Shown here: positions 1-10,476 of the stretch, piece by piece
Numbering within the stretch: the first letter of the stretch is position 1
How the letters are laid out: each line of letters opens with the position of its first letter
NCBI GenBank assembly: GCA_025594325.1
Contig: JANHCV010000003.1
Location: 558,001-622,000 of the forward strand
DNA length: 64,000 nucleotides
Source of the DNA: Blastocladiella emersonii ATCC 22665
Lineage: Eukaryota; Fungi; Blastocladiomycota
Direction of reading: 5' to 3'
The notes under the pieces: generated by a model
Seen by the model: the letters and a program-made list of their open reading frames with translations, nothing else
What the model was told of the DNA's origin: nothing
Database searches by the model: none
Position numbers and translations under genes: made by a program

Positions 1-227
1 GTGGCGCTCTCAGGCGTGCCGAGCGGCCGCGGCGGCGGGGCGCTGAGCCGGCGGAGCTCGGTTGCGGTCGAGTCGTCGTCGGCGCCGGGCGAGGTGGGCG
101 GGGACACGGGCAGCGGCATGGCGGCGGCGGCCGACTGCGGGGAGGCCTTGTCGTCGTCGTCGGCGGCGGCGTCACCTTGCGCCGACGTCGTCAGTGCTGG
201 TGGCGGGAGCGGGTCGAGCTCGGTCAT
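1..227 (-). CDS. 5' end of an unidentified gene running off the left edge (low-complexity N-terminus MTELDPLPPPALTTSAQGDAAADDDD...)
   Basis: ATG at 227-225 opens a stop-free frame to position 1 with GC3-rich codons. No recognisable domain in the visible 75 codons. Confidence 0.45.
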   Translation of the reverse strand, partial: MTELDPLPPPALTTSAQGDAAADDDDKASPQSAAAAMPLPVSPPTSPGADDDSTATELRRLSAPPPRPLGTPESA

Positions 228-2040
228 GACGACAGCCGATGGCGAAAGGATTGATGGGGAAGGGATGACAGGGCGCGAAGATCCGTCCGTCCGCGAGCGA
301 GCTCACGAACGTGATCGAGCCGTGATGGGGGGCGAGGTTCAGGAGACGTGGTCCGCGCACAGGGCGATCCTGCGCAGGGATGGAGCGAGGACGCGGGAGA
401 CGAGTTCGAGCGGGAGCGAGGGGAGGAGGTCGCCGCGGGAGGGAGGGGAGGGGAGGGATGGGAGGGAGGGGAGCGCGGGACGGAGAGGATCTGGTGCGCT
501 GCGAGACCGGGGCCTGGCACAGCCACACTGATGTACGAGCAAACAAAGGATTGCGAAGATGCAACAGTGCGTGCAAGTCGCCCTGCGTGGATGAACGGGC
601 TGACCGAGCCCTTGGACCGGAGCGCGCGCGCACGGGTTGGAACGACGGAGGCCGTAGTCGGGGAGCGGTCCTGCAGGCGCGGTGCGGGTCGCCGCGATGG
701 GAGCGAGTGCTGGATCGGGGCACGGAGCGAGAGCAGGAGCGAGAGTGGGAGAGAGAGCGTCGACCACGGCGGGAGGCGATGTCAGCGACCACGGTCGGGG
801 GCGGCGCAGGTAGCTGCCACACTGACGGGCGGCCGAACAACAGGATCCCGCGGCTCGGATGAAGGCGAGGGATATCGACGACGATCACGCGGGGGCGTGC
901 GGGGGAGAGAGAGCGCGGGAGTCGTCGTGGGCGGCGATGGCGACGTCGGCAACGTTCGGGAAGGTCGGTGGCGACCTGACGATGTTACAGGTGCGGCAGA
1001 CAACGGTCAGTCTCGAAACGTGCGGGGAGAGCAAGATGTTGGGGCCCGCACGCGCGCATGCAGGAGAGAGGGAGAAGATAGCTGTTATCCGCGACCCTAG
1101 GCGAGTGTGGGGGAGGCGAGCCGATCACGTCGCCGTCCGCGACGACGGTTGGTCGATGCCTACGGCTAAGCTCGAGGCACCAAGCCTCGGTCCTGACCGC
1201 AGCCAGCCAGCCGCGGAGACAACGGCGACGGCGACGAGGTCGACACCGAGGACGAGGCGCTGCGCCGCACGCTGACGACTCGGTGGCCATGGTCGGCCAA
1301 TGACGTCTGCAGCAAAGCCTCGCGGCCTTCGATCCCGGCGAGAACGGTCGAATCTGATGGCCGCGGTCGTCGTCGACATCACCGCGCCCATCGCGGCGTG
1401 GGGCAGCAGCGCACCGAGCACGCGATGGGACGAAACCGCGAGAGCAAACCGTCGTGCCTGCTGCGCTGGGGCCAGCATGCGAGCTGGCTGCAGGGTGGCG
1501 CAGCGGCGCGGCGGCGTGAAAGCGTGCTCCTCCGAGCAAGCAGGGACCGCGCGGGCGGGGAACGGGGTCGCTGAAAGTCTGTGCGTACCGGTTATACTCG
1601 TGTTGGGGCGCTAGCGCAGGCCTCTATGAATCTAGCCAGTGCATCGGGCGACGTGCTGTTGCTGCTGGAGAGTGAGGGCCGCGCCGGGGTCGACGACGTA
1701 GTCCAGCTCGCGCGCGAAGTACAATGACGCTCAGCAACGGACGGAAGAGGAGAACAAGTCGTGTGGCTCAGCACGTTCCGTCGCGGGCTTGACCAAGCGA
1801 CTGCGCCGGCCGCTGATTCGTGGCGCGCGCGAGGAACAACGCCACGCGCACGTGCTGCGAGACAAAACGTGACCGGTGCGAGACACGCGTTGCGACGCGT
1901 TTTTTTGGGTCGCGAAGTGAGCAAACGTGCAATGTATGGATATTCGGATATGTGCGTGGATGTGGGTGCGTGGTGTGAACGAGAGCAAGGTGTGCAAGGT
2001 GGTGGGAATGGGTACAGGTTGGGCGGCGGCGACGCGGGGC

Positions 2041-3192
2041 TCAGCAGTCGCCGTCGTCGGCCGACGGGCGCCCGAGCTGGCTGTACCGGCCGAGCGCGCT
2101 CGCGGGTCGGCGCGGGAGCGACGCCGCGGTGCCCGCCTCGGCCGCGGGACATAGCAGCGGCGTGTCCGTGGCCGCCGACGCAACGGACGCGAGCGGAGGG
2201 GTGCGGTGCAGCTGACGCAGGGCGCGCTGGTACCCGGCCGCGTCCACGTCCGCGTGCAGGAACATGAGCTGGCGCTCCGTGACGGACCGCGGCGGGACGG
2301 CGGCGCTCGAGCCGGCCGCCACGCGCGAGCCGGGGCGCGAGTCGGACCCGGACTCGCCGAGCGTGCTCGGGACGCTGGGCGTGGTGGTGGACGCGAGCTC
2401 GGACTTGAATTGATAAATCCTCACAAGGACCATCGTCCAACCAGTCGCGTACAGCGCAGCGAAGGTGGTGATGCGGTACAGCACGAGGGTGAGGAAGGTC
2501 GACTGCGCGAGGAACGTGGTGGTGATGATGATGGCGAAGGCGATCCGGACGCGGTGCGCAACGACCGCCGACCGGCGTGCGCGCTTGCTGCGGCTCCCGC
2601 GGCCGCCGCCCGTGCTGCCCTCGCGGAACCGCGCAATGACGCTGGTCACGTACAGCTCGCTGAACAGCGCGTGCACCGCCGACCCGAAGTTGACGGTCGC
2701 GCGCGCGATCTGCTGTGCCTGGAACAGCGCCGGCGGGTCGCGCACGCCCGCGAGCAGGTTGAGCTCGGACAGGGTACCGGCGACGCGCACCGCGACCGAC
2801 GCGAGGACCAGGATCACGAGGAGCGCGGGCGCGACCCAGTTGGCGGCGATCGGCGAGTAGACCCGGATCGCGGCCGCGCGCCGGTAGCAGATGAACGTGG
2901 CGAAGACCATGGCGATGAACTGGCACCAGTTGGACGTGGTGCGGAGCGCAAAGGCGAGCGTCGGGTCGCCGGGCAGGTAGTAGTTGAGCTGCACGTTGAT
3001 CCCGATGGCGACGAGCTGGCACAGCGCCGCGACGTGCAGCGCGCCCTCGAGCCTGGTGCGTGGCCGCGGCGACGCGCACAGCGCGCTCACCATGCTCAGC
3101 AGCAGGGCGCCGCCGAACGCCGTGCCGGCTGTCACGGATGCGCTGATCGCGTACGGCGTCACGGGCGGGAACGGTCGCGACGTGGCGCTCAT
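2041..3192 (-). CDS. Intronless seven-transmembrane (GPCR-like) protein, about 383 aa
   Basis: Likely start MSATSRPFPP at 3192, inside ORF 2041..3531. Seven hydrophobic segments, a basic ICYRRAAAI motif after TM3, a basic Gly/Arg-rich third intracellular loop, and a Ser/Thr-rich C-tail. Confidence 0.7.
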   Translation of the reverse strand: MSATSRPFPPVTPYAISASVTAGTAFGGALLLSMVSALCASPRPRTRLEGALHVAALCQLVAIGINVQLNYYLPGDPTLAFALRTTSNWCQFIAMVFATFICYRRAAAIRVYSPIAANWVAPALLVILVLASVAVRVAGTLSELNLLAGVRDPPALFQAQQIARATVNFGSAVHALFSELYVTSVIARFREGSTGGGRGSRSKRARRSAVVAHRVRIAFAIIITTTFLAQSTFLTLVLYRITTFAALYATGWTMVLVRIYQFKSELASTTTPSVPSTLGESGSDSRPGSRVAAGSSAAVPPRSVTERQLMFLHADVDAAGYQRALRQLHRTPPLASVASAATDTPLLCPAAEAGTAASLPRRPASALGRYSQLGRPSADDGDC

Positions 3193-3566
3193 GGGACGAG
3201 CAGCGTGACGTGACGAGGAGCGAGAGGTGCGTGGTTTGCGGCAAGCGTTGCAGGGGTGTGCGATGCGGCGCGATGCAGCGAGGGGAACGGGGAAGCGATT
3301 CGATGGTGGTGGTGGGAGGGAGGGCCGAGCGCACCGAATTCGCGGCAGTTCCCGATTCGGCCGCAGCGCTCGTTCTTCTCGACGCGAACCACACGCGCCG
3401 AGAAGCTCCCCCTGCCCTTTCGCCCTCGATTCGCACCTCGCGAGAGAACACACGGGAGGGAGAAGATGTACGCTGTGATTCGCAACGGAGCGGAGGGTGC
3501 CAACGAAAAAGAGGGGTGATAGGAGGGTCAAAATAACTTACAAAACTCGGCGCGTCTCGCCTTGTC

Positions 3567-4329
3567 CTACTCGAAGACGCGGTCGCCGCGGATCCGGCGA
3601 GCCAGGTGCAGGTCCTTGGTCATGAGCGTGACGCGCTTGGCGTGGATGGCGCACAGGTTGCTACGGTGGTGGGGGGTGAGGGCGGCGGGTCAGTGAGCAA
3701 GTCATCGCCGAGTCAGGCACAGGTGAGCGATGGCGTACGCGTCCTCCATGAGATGAACGATGTAGCTCTCGGCAGCCTCCTACACGGGGGCAGACATCGG
3801 GAGTCAGTGGTCCGGGGCCGGGTCGATGGTGCCGCAGTGAGCGAGCGAGCGAGGAGCGAACCTGGAGGGCACCAAGCGCAGACGCTTGCCAGCGGAACTG
3901 CTGGGTCGGCATCAAGTCGTCTGTGATCTCGCGGACGAGGCGCGAGAACGGGAGCCTGCGGAGGAGCAGGTCCGTCGTCTTCTGGTACTTGCGGATCTCG
4001 CGCAGTGCCACCGTGCCGGGGCGATACCGGCGCTTGTGCTTCTCGGTCGTCTCGGCGGACGCTGGAGCTAACCGAGCGGTACGGCGGAGCGCGCCAGCGA
4101 TAATGAGTCACGATGGACGGTGTGCGGATCGAGCGTCTCGACGCGATCTCAGGCAACCGCCCACTGAACCGATAGATGGATGGAAGCGCGTCGCCGACGT
4201 ACGAGTCTTCACGGGCGCCTTGCGAACCGCGGCGCCCGCCGCCGGAGCCGTCTTCGCGGCAAGCGACTTTTTGGCGGCACTCTTGCCGGTCGACGAGCCG
4301 GCGAAGTTGCTCTTCTTGGTCCGCGCCAT
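3567..4329 (-). CDS. CENH3: Centromeric histone H3 variant (CENP-A/Cse4/Cnp1 type), 4 exons
   Basis: Exons 4329-4203, 4061-3862, 3779-3739 and 3660-3567 splice to MARTKKS...[84 protein letters not shown]. CenH3 hallmarks: LPFS instead of LPFQ, RWQ instead of RFQ, loop 1 two residues longer than H3, and a divergent N-tail. Confidence 0.88.
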
Positions 4330-4624
4330 AGTGATGATGGTGGTGGAGGGCGCAAAGGAGTCGCACGTGGATGCAAGCGGCAAGAGGCGTTGCGGTCAAG
4401 CGGTGCGCGTCGAGTCGAATCGAGGACCAAGAAGACGTTGCGCCAGGTTTCGGCGGTCAAGTTACATTTAGCGCGTTAAGGCGTCTGGTCGTTCGCTTTG
4501 TTGGTTCTCGAGAGAAGAAGATAGCGAACGCGGCGGTGAGGCGAAGAGGAGCGTGGCGCGCGGCTCAGCTGATGCCACGCGAGCTGACTCGCCCGCTTTC
4601 GCTCCACCGTCTCCCGCCGCGCCG

Positions 4625-4630
4625 TATAAA
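4625..4630 (+). promoter_or_regulatory. TATA box (TATAAA) upstream of PCF11, in the divergent CENH3/PCF11 intergenic region
   Basis: TATAAA about 150 nt upstream of the ACCACCATG start at 4776, in otherwise GC-rich DNA. Confidence 0.5.
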
Positions 4631-4775
4631 GAGCGCGCGCCCGCCCGTCGCCCGCCGACGCTCCCGCAACGCTCATTAAGCAACGTAATACCACCACTGC
4701 GGCCGCCGTCTACTGGCCCCGCGTCACCAAGCCCCGCTACCACCACCGCACCGCCCGCTCCACAACACCACCACC

Positions 4776-7644
4776 ATGAACGCGGCCCAACTCGACGTCG
4801 TGCGGCAGGACTACCTCGCGTCGCTCGCCGAGCTCAAGGACACGTCGCGCCCGGCCATCATGACCCTCACGTCGCTCGCCGCCGAGACGGCCGTGGCCGC
4901 GCCCGCCGTCGTCGCCGCCATTGTCGAGCGCAGCTTCTCCGTACGGCTTCCCTCGACGCCTGCCCCCTGAGCTCGACTCCGTGGGCGGGGCTCAGCGGGG
5001 CGCACTACCGTCTGGTGAGTGTGCACTAATGATCGCCCGAACGTTCTCTTGTATACCCCTTCTCCCTGCTACTATCGGCTATGCCATGCTGCTCATGCAC
5101 CGACTCGACCGACTACTGTTCCTCAACTGCCTCATGCTCATGCTCACGGCGCTCGCCGACGCACTACTACCACTACCGCTCGCCCGCATGGCCTCGTGGC
5201 GCGGCGCGACTCGACCGACCGACCGACTGCTTTGGAATGGACCTGTCGCTGCTGCTGCACATCACCACCACACTTGCCCTACCCCCCTCCCATCGAACAA
5301 TAAAAAACCTGCTCTCGACGACACGGTCGCGCGCCTGCGCTCGCTCGCCCGCCCGCTCGGTTCGGCTCCTGCATCATCATCGTCGCCACGTCATCCTGTC
5401 AACTCTGCACCATCCGCGCGGGGCGGCTGATCGGTCCTGGCGTGTCGCTGATGCTGCTGTCCGTGATTTTGTGTCTGTCGATGATCGCGACGTGTATCTG
5501 TCCTCGAATACTCGTTGTTCATTCATCGTTCCTCTCCCCGCTCGTGGTCGCTCGCCTCTGCTGCTCTCCTCGTCTACCAACGACTCGACTCGCTCGCCCG
5601 GCTTCTCGACCCTCAGGCCGCGCCGCCCACCAAGCTGCCCGTCATGTACCTGATTGACTCGATTCTGAAGAATGTCGGCGGCCCGTACCCCGACCTGTTT
5701 GCCAAGGTGATTCTCGGGGTGTACCAGGACGCCTTCCTCGCGTCCGACGACCGCGCCCGTCAGGCCTTCTTGAAAGTGCTGCACACCTGGCGGAACCCGC
5801 CGCCTCCGCCTCCACCGACCTCGGCCGCCGCCGCTCCCGCCCGCCCGCGCGGCCCACTCTTCCCGCCCGCCGTCCTCGACCAGATCGACGCCTTCGTGCG
5901 CTCGGTCCCACGGGTACGTCGTGCTCCCGCCGTCGACCGTCGCGTCGGCCAACCCGAGGACTCACGCAAAAAACTGCAGCCCGTGGCACCGACCACCGCG
6001 ACCACGGCCACGGCCATGACCTCTGCGTCGTCCGCGGCCGCGGCCATGGCCGCCGCTGCTGCCGCCTCGGCTGCCTCCGCCGTGAACCCCGCCGACCCGG
6101 GCCTCGTCGACCTCAACACGCTCATCGAGGCGCGCACCGTGCAGGCGCACCAGAACCCGCTCGACGTCGACAACATCCAGAAGCTCGACGCCCTCATGCA
6201 GGTACGCTTCCCCCGCCCTTCACCCCGCCCAACTTGCGCTCACCTCCCCACCCGCACCATGTAGCTCCGCTCCCTGATCCTCGCCGGCCACGTCCCGCCG
6301 CAGCAAATGGACGCGGTACGGCAGTCGATTGCGGTGCTCGCGCACGAGTTCTTTGCCGCGCTCGCGCAGCAGCAGCAGCAGCAGCAGCTCCTCGGCGCGC
6401 TCGCCGCGGGGCTCCCGCTGCCCGCCGCCGCCGCCGCAGGCCTCGGCGGCTACGCTATGCCCGCGGTCCCGCTCGTCGTTCCGCCACTCGTCGTCCCGCT
6501 CCCCGGCACGGCGGGCGTGGGCGCAGTCGCGCCGCGCGCAGCGTCACCGCCCGTGGTGCCCGCGGTGCCGCGGATCGAGATCAGTTTGACGCGGTACGGT
6601 CTCATCTCGTCGTCGAGGGTAGCTCACTCGGACTAACGCCCTGGCTGCGATGTCTGTAGCCTCGAGCCCGACGCGGTCAAGTACGTGTACCCGGCCGACT
6701 CGAAGAAGTGCACGCAGTGCGGGCTGCGGTTCCTGCGCAACGGGCCGCGCCGCATGGACGACCACATGGACTGGCACTTCCGCATGAACCGCAAGGCCCG
6801 CGACAACACGCTGTCGATCCGGTCGCGCCTGTGGCTCCCGGCGTCGCGCGAGGCACGGTTCTCGTGGCGTTACCGTCGTGTAGCGCGCGTTGCTGACTCT
6901 GTCCTGCCGCGTCGTGTGTGTAGAACTGGCTCAACAACGAGCGCCAGGAAGCCTCGGCCGGCCCGTCCTTCTTCGACCAGGTCAACGACGCCGCCGCTGC
7001 TGCCTCCGCCGCCTCCGCCGCGTCGACCGACGGCCCCACCAGCTCGGCGCTCGGCAACACCAGCAGCTCGTCGACGTCGACGACGGCCGGCGCGGCCGCG
7101 GGACTTGACCACCTGCACCTGCACCTGCACCTTCACCACCTCGACCGCGGGTCCGCGTCCGACAGCGACGACGGCACGAGCCTCGGCGGCGACGACGCCT
7201 CGGGCGCGCGGATCCTCGCGCCCGCATCGGCCGCGGCGCGCCACGCGCTCGCGTGCGCCGTGTGCCTCGAGAAGATCGACTCCGGGTACGACGCGGACGC
7301 CGACGAGTGGATCGTCAAGGACGCGGTCGCGGAGCCGGTCGCGGCGGGGTCGCACGAGGCGAGTGATGGCAGCGGGGGCAGCTGTGTGTACTACCACCGC
7401 CGGTGCTGGCGGTCGCGCGCCAAGCGGGTACGTTTTCGGCTTGTGGGTGGCGAGTGGTTGGACGTGAGAGCTAACAACGTGTTGGATAGTCGCGCAAGCG
7501 GACAGCGAGTCCCATCGACGACGCGAGCGAGATGGCGAGCGACCTTGGGTCGAGCCTGGTACGCTTCGCTCTTCGCTTGGTCCCCAAGTCTCCATCACTG
7601 ACCCATCGCCTCGAACGTAGTCGGCCAAGCGGCAGCGCGTCTGA
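4776..7644 (+). CDS. PCF11: Cleavage/polyadenylation and termination factor Pcf11 (CID plus two zinc fingers), 8 exons
   Basis: Exon 1 (4776-4940) joined to exon 2 (from 5617) gives the CID ...VERSFS|AAPPTKLPVMYLIDSILKNVGGPY. Zinc finger 1 is CTQCGLRF...HMDWHF, followed by SRLWLPASRE|NW across a GC-AG intron (6853-6923). Zinc finger 2 is CAVCLEKIDSGYDADADEWIVKDAV...YHRRC. Last exon 7621-7644 (SAKRQRV*). Confidence 0.93.
5299..5304 (+). terminator. Candidate intronic polyadenylation signal AATAAA inside PCF11 intron 1
   Basis: AATAAA followed by AAA, inside the 676-nt intron 4941-5616. A TGTA lies upstream (5050-5053) and a GT/T-rich tract downstream (about 5463-5530). Confidence 0.45.
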
Positions 7645-7705
7645 CGAGCCTTCTTCTGCTTCCCATTGATACAAATATATATGATACACGTCCTCAACCT
7701 CAACC

Positions 7706-8264
7706 TCACTTGCGCGACAGCATCCCAATCACGAGCCCCGCGGCGGCAATCGCGCCGCCGACAATCGCCATCCCCACGAGCCCGTCCTTCTGGACCTGCG
7801 CGTCGATCGCGTCCAGCAGACCGCGCGCCTGCGGGTCCTCGGGGTGGTCGCGCAGCACCTGCTGGGCGTAGTTGCGCGCGTCCGCGAACCGCGCCAGCTT
7901 GAAGTACCCCTGCGCCACGTAGTACCGCGACTCACGACGCAGGGACGGGTTGTGCGGGATGATCTCTACAGACGCGGATGGCGGGGTTAGGGCGGGGAAG
8001 GGAGGGGGAGGGCAAGGGGAGGAGCGTACGCTGGAACAGGGCGATGCCGAGCTCAATCTCGTGGTACACGTTCGAGTGCACCAGGCCCCACGCGTAGTTA
8101 AAGGTCGTCGAGGCTACACAGATGCCATGTCAGCGAAGTCGCAGATATCCAGCGGCGTCGCGTGCCGTACTCGACGGGTTGGGCTGCTCGGCCTCGTACT
8201 GCTTGCGCAGCGTCGCGAGCTCCTTCTTGTCGATGGTGATTTCGCCCTCGAGCGGCGTCGTCAT
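7706..8264 (-). CDS. FIS1: Mitochondrial/peroxisomal fission protein Fis1 (TPR plus C-terminal tail anchor), 3 exons
   Basis: Spliced: LATLRKQYEAEQPNPSTSTTFNYAWGLVHS...RRESRYYVAQGYFKLARFADARNYAQQVLRDHPEDPQARGL...KDGLVGMAIVGGAIAAAGLVIGMLSRK*. Confidence 0.92.
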
Positions 8265-8585
8265 TGCGGTTACTTTGAGGGTGTTCGTTTGTTACGTGGC
8301 GCTGTGGCAGCGGTGGGTGCGGGAGCGAGAGCCGAGAGCGGGCAGGCAGCGGGCCTTGAAGGGGCAGCGGAGCGGCCGAGTGACGTGGTTGGTGCTGGCC
8401 TCGGCGGCGGCGGCGCTTCACGGACGCGTGGCTCATCTCGAAAAGGAAGCGTGCTCGACGAGAGGAGGAAAGAAAATATACTAGTGCGAGGATGACATGG
8501 AGGCGGGCGTGCAGCGACGGGAAGGAAGCGGAAGAGGTGCAAGTGGAATATACAGGCGATGATGAGAGCGGCGGCGGACCAGCGC

Positions 8586-9609
8586 TTAGGCGAGCATGGC
8601 CACGGCCGCGACGACCACGGCGGCGGCAGCGGTCGTCCATGCGCCGTTCGCGAGCTGGGCGGGCGCGGCCGAGGGCGGGGCGAGCGGGAGCTGGACCTTG
8701 AGGTCGTTGGGCGTGTAGACGTAGAAGATGCCCGAGACGAGCGGCATGAGGCGGCCCTCCGTGGCGGTGGGGTCGACGGCCTCCGTGTCCATGAGGCGCA
8801 GCACGTAGTCGCGGCGGTCCTCGAAGTTGTTGGACGGGATGGTCCAGTTGAAGTTGGTCGCGGACCCGGGCAGCGTGGTGATGTTGGTGTAGGTCGTACT
8901 CGACTTGGTGCCCCACTGCAGCACCATGTTCTTGGGCTTGATGGACACGCCGTCCAGCGACCACGTCGCGTTCAATGGGTACCTTTCGCTGCCGCGCGCG
9001 ACGACCGGGATCTCTACAGGCGGGGTGCGGGCGTGAGTTGATGGTGCGCGCCGCGAGGGCGTGCGGAGCGAGCAAAAACGTACGCCACCACGGGTACTGG
9101 ACCTGCTGCGGGGGCCAGATGAACTTGGGGCCTACATCGCGGACGACAGTTAGTCCAGTTGCGCGCGGCGTAGGAAGCGAGCGAGGCGGCAGCGTACGGG
9201 CAGACGTGGACACGGAGCCGTCAATGTTGCCGTCGGCGGGAATGTCGTTCGGGTTGGTCTGGCCGCCCGGGACGATGAGGCCGTCGTTGTTGTTGGTGTT
9301 CCCGTTGCCGTTGCCGTTGCCGTTCCCGTTGTTGTTGTTCGTGTTGCCGTTCCCGTTCCCGTTCCCATTGTTGGTGTTGCCGTTGTTCGCGTTGCCGGCG
9401 TTGCCGTTGTTGGCGTTTCCGTTACCAGCGTTCCCGTTGCCGGTGTTACCGGTGTTCCCCGTGTTACCGGTGTTGCCGGTGTTACCCGTGTTGCCCGTGT
9501 TCCCGCCGGTCCCACCGTTGCCGCCGTTGTTGGCCTGGGCGTCGGCCGTGCCGAGGAGGCCGAGGAGCACGGCGAGGAGGAGGGCGAGCTGCACAACCGT
9601 CACGCGCAT
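8586..9609 (-). CDS. Secreted, probably GPI-anchored surface protein with a Gly/Asn-rich repeat and a small beta-rich domain, 3 exons
   Basis: Signal peptide MRVTVVQLALLLAVLLGLLGTADA, then (GNT)n and (GN)n repeats. Two GTACG introns. Aromatic beta-strand domain (FNWTIPS...YVLRL...SGIFYVY) and a hydrophobic C-terminal tail ending at the stop. Confidence 0.75.
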
Positions 9610-10476
9610 CGTGGAGGTGGAGGTCGAGGAGGAGGAGGCGGCGTGGCTGCGAGGCGGCGAGGATGGAGAGTGGCTGAGTTGAGACTCGAGTACCCACTAC
9701 ACGCAGGAGCGGGCGCCGACGACGAGGACAAGGATTCCCGCGACAGGCAGCGCAAGATGGTGAGCTCGCGCGCGGTTGAGCGAGAGGATGGCGGGTCTCA
9801 CACACCAGTGGTTGCGCGCAGAGTTGGGCCGGGCCGTGAGCGTCGGGGATGGGTCGCTGCGACAGAGCAAGAATGCGCGGAATGCGTTGCAGCGAGTGGC
9901 GACGCGGGCTCGGCGTCTGCAAGAAAGCTACGTGGTGGTGGGGTGCGTTTTGCGAGGAGCGAGAGAGAAGGGGAGGCGTTGGCCGTTGCGGCAGGCGCAC
10001 CGGCGAGCGGTGGCAGCGAGAAGGCAGCCAAAATGAACGTGCATCACCTGACGCTGGCTGACGCGAACGCCGATCGCGCCGCCACCGCTGCCGCGGCCGA
10101 CCCAGTTCCCTTCTCCCGCCGCCCCTCGTCCTAAAGACGGTCTCCAGGAGCTCACGCTGGGCCCATCTCCCAAAAGGTAGTCTATGCAACGTCTCATGGA
10201 TCTCGATCAGCTGCGGGATCGCCTACACGCCGGCGACTGCGCGTCCCGCTCAGCTTGACGATCGGCCCCTCTGCTCCTCCCTCGTCAACGCAAACTCACG
10301 CTCTCTCGATCGTTCAACCGCGCCGACCCTCCGTCGATCCCTTCCTTCGAGTCGCATCCCTGAAGCGCGCCAACTCATCGTCATCCGTGACCAACACCAA
10401 CGTCAGCAACAACTCCGCCGTCCCGCGACCGCTCGCCACCAACAGCAAGAAGCCCTGTACACGCGCACCCACCACC

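Noticed and set aside
1625-1730. Short codon-biased minus-strand stretch (YFARELDYVVDPGAAL...) downstream of the 7TM gene
   Set aside because: No start codon or convincing splice acceptor links it to a gene, and it is too short to support.
3567-4329. Canonical histone H3 call
   Set aside because: The tail lacks the canonical ARKS/K27/K36 context and the fold carries CenH3-type substitutions.
5020-5530. snoRNA as the reason for the long PCF11 intron
   Set aside because: No RTGATGA box C paired with a suitably spaced CTGA, and no clear H/ACA hairpin pair was seen.
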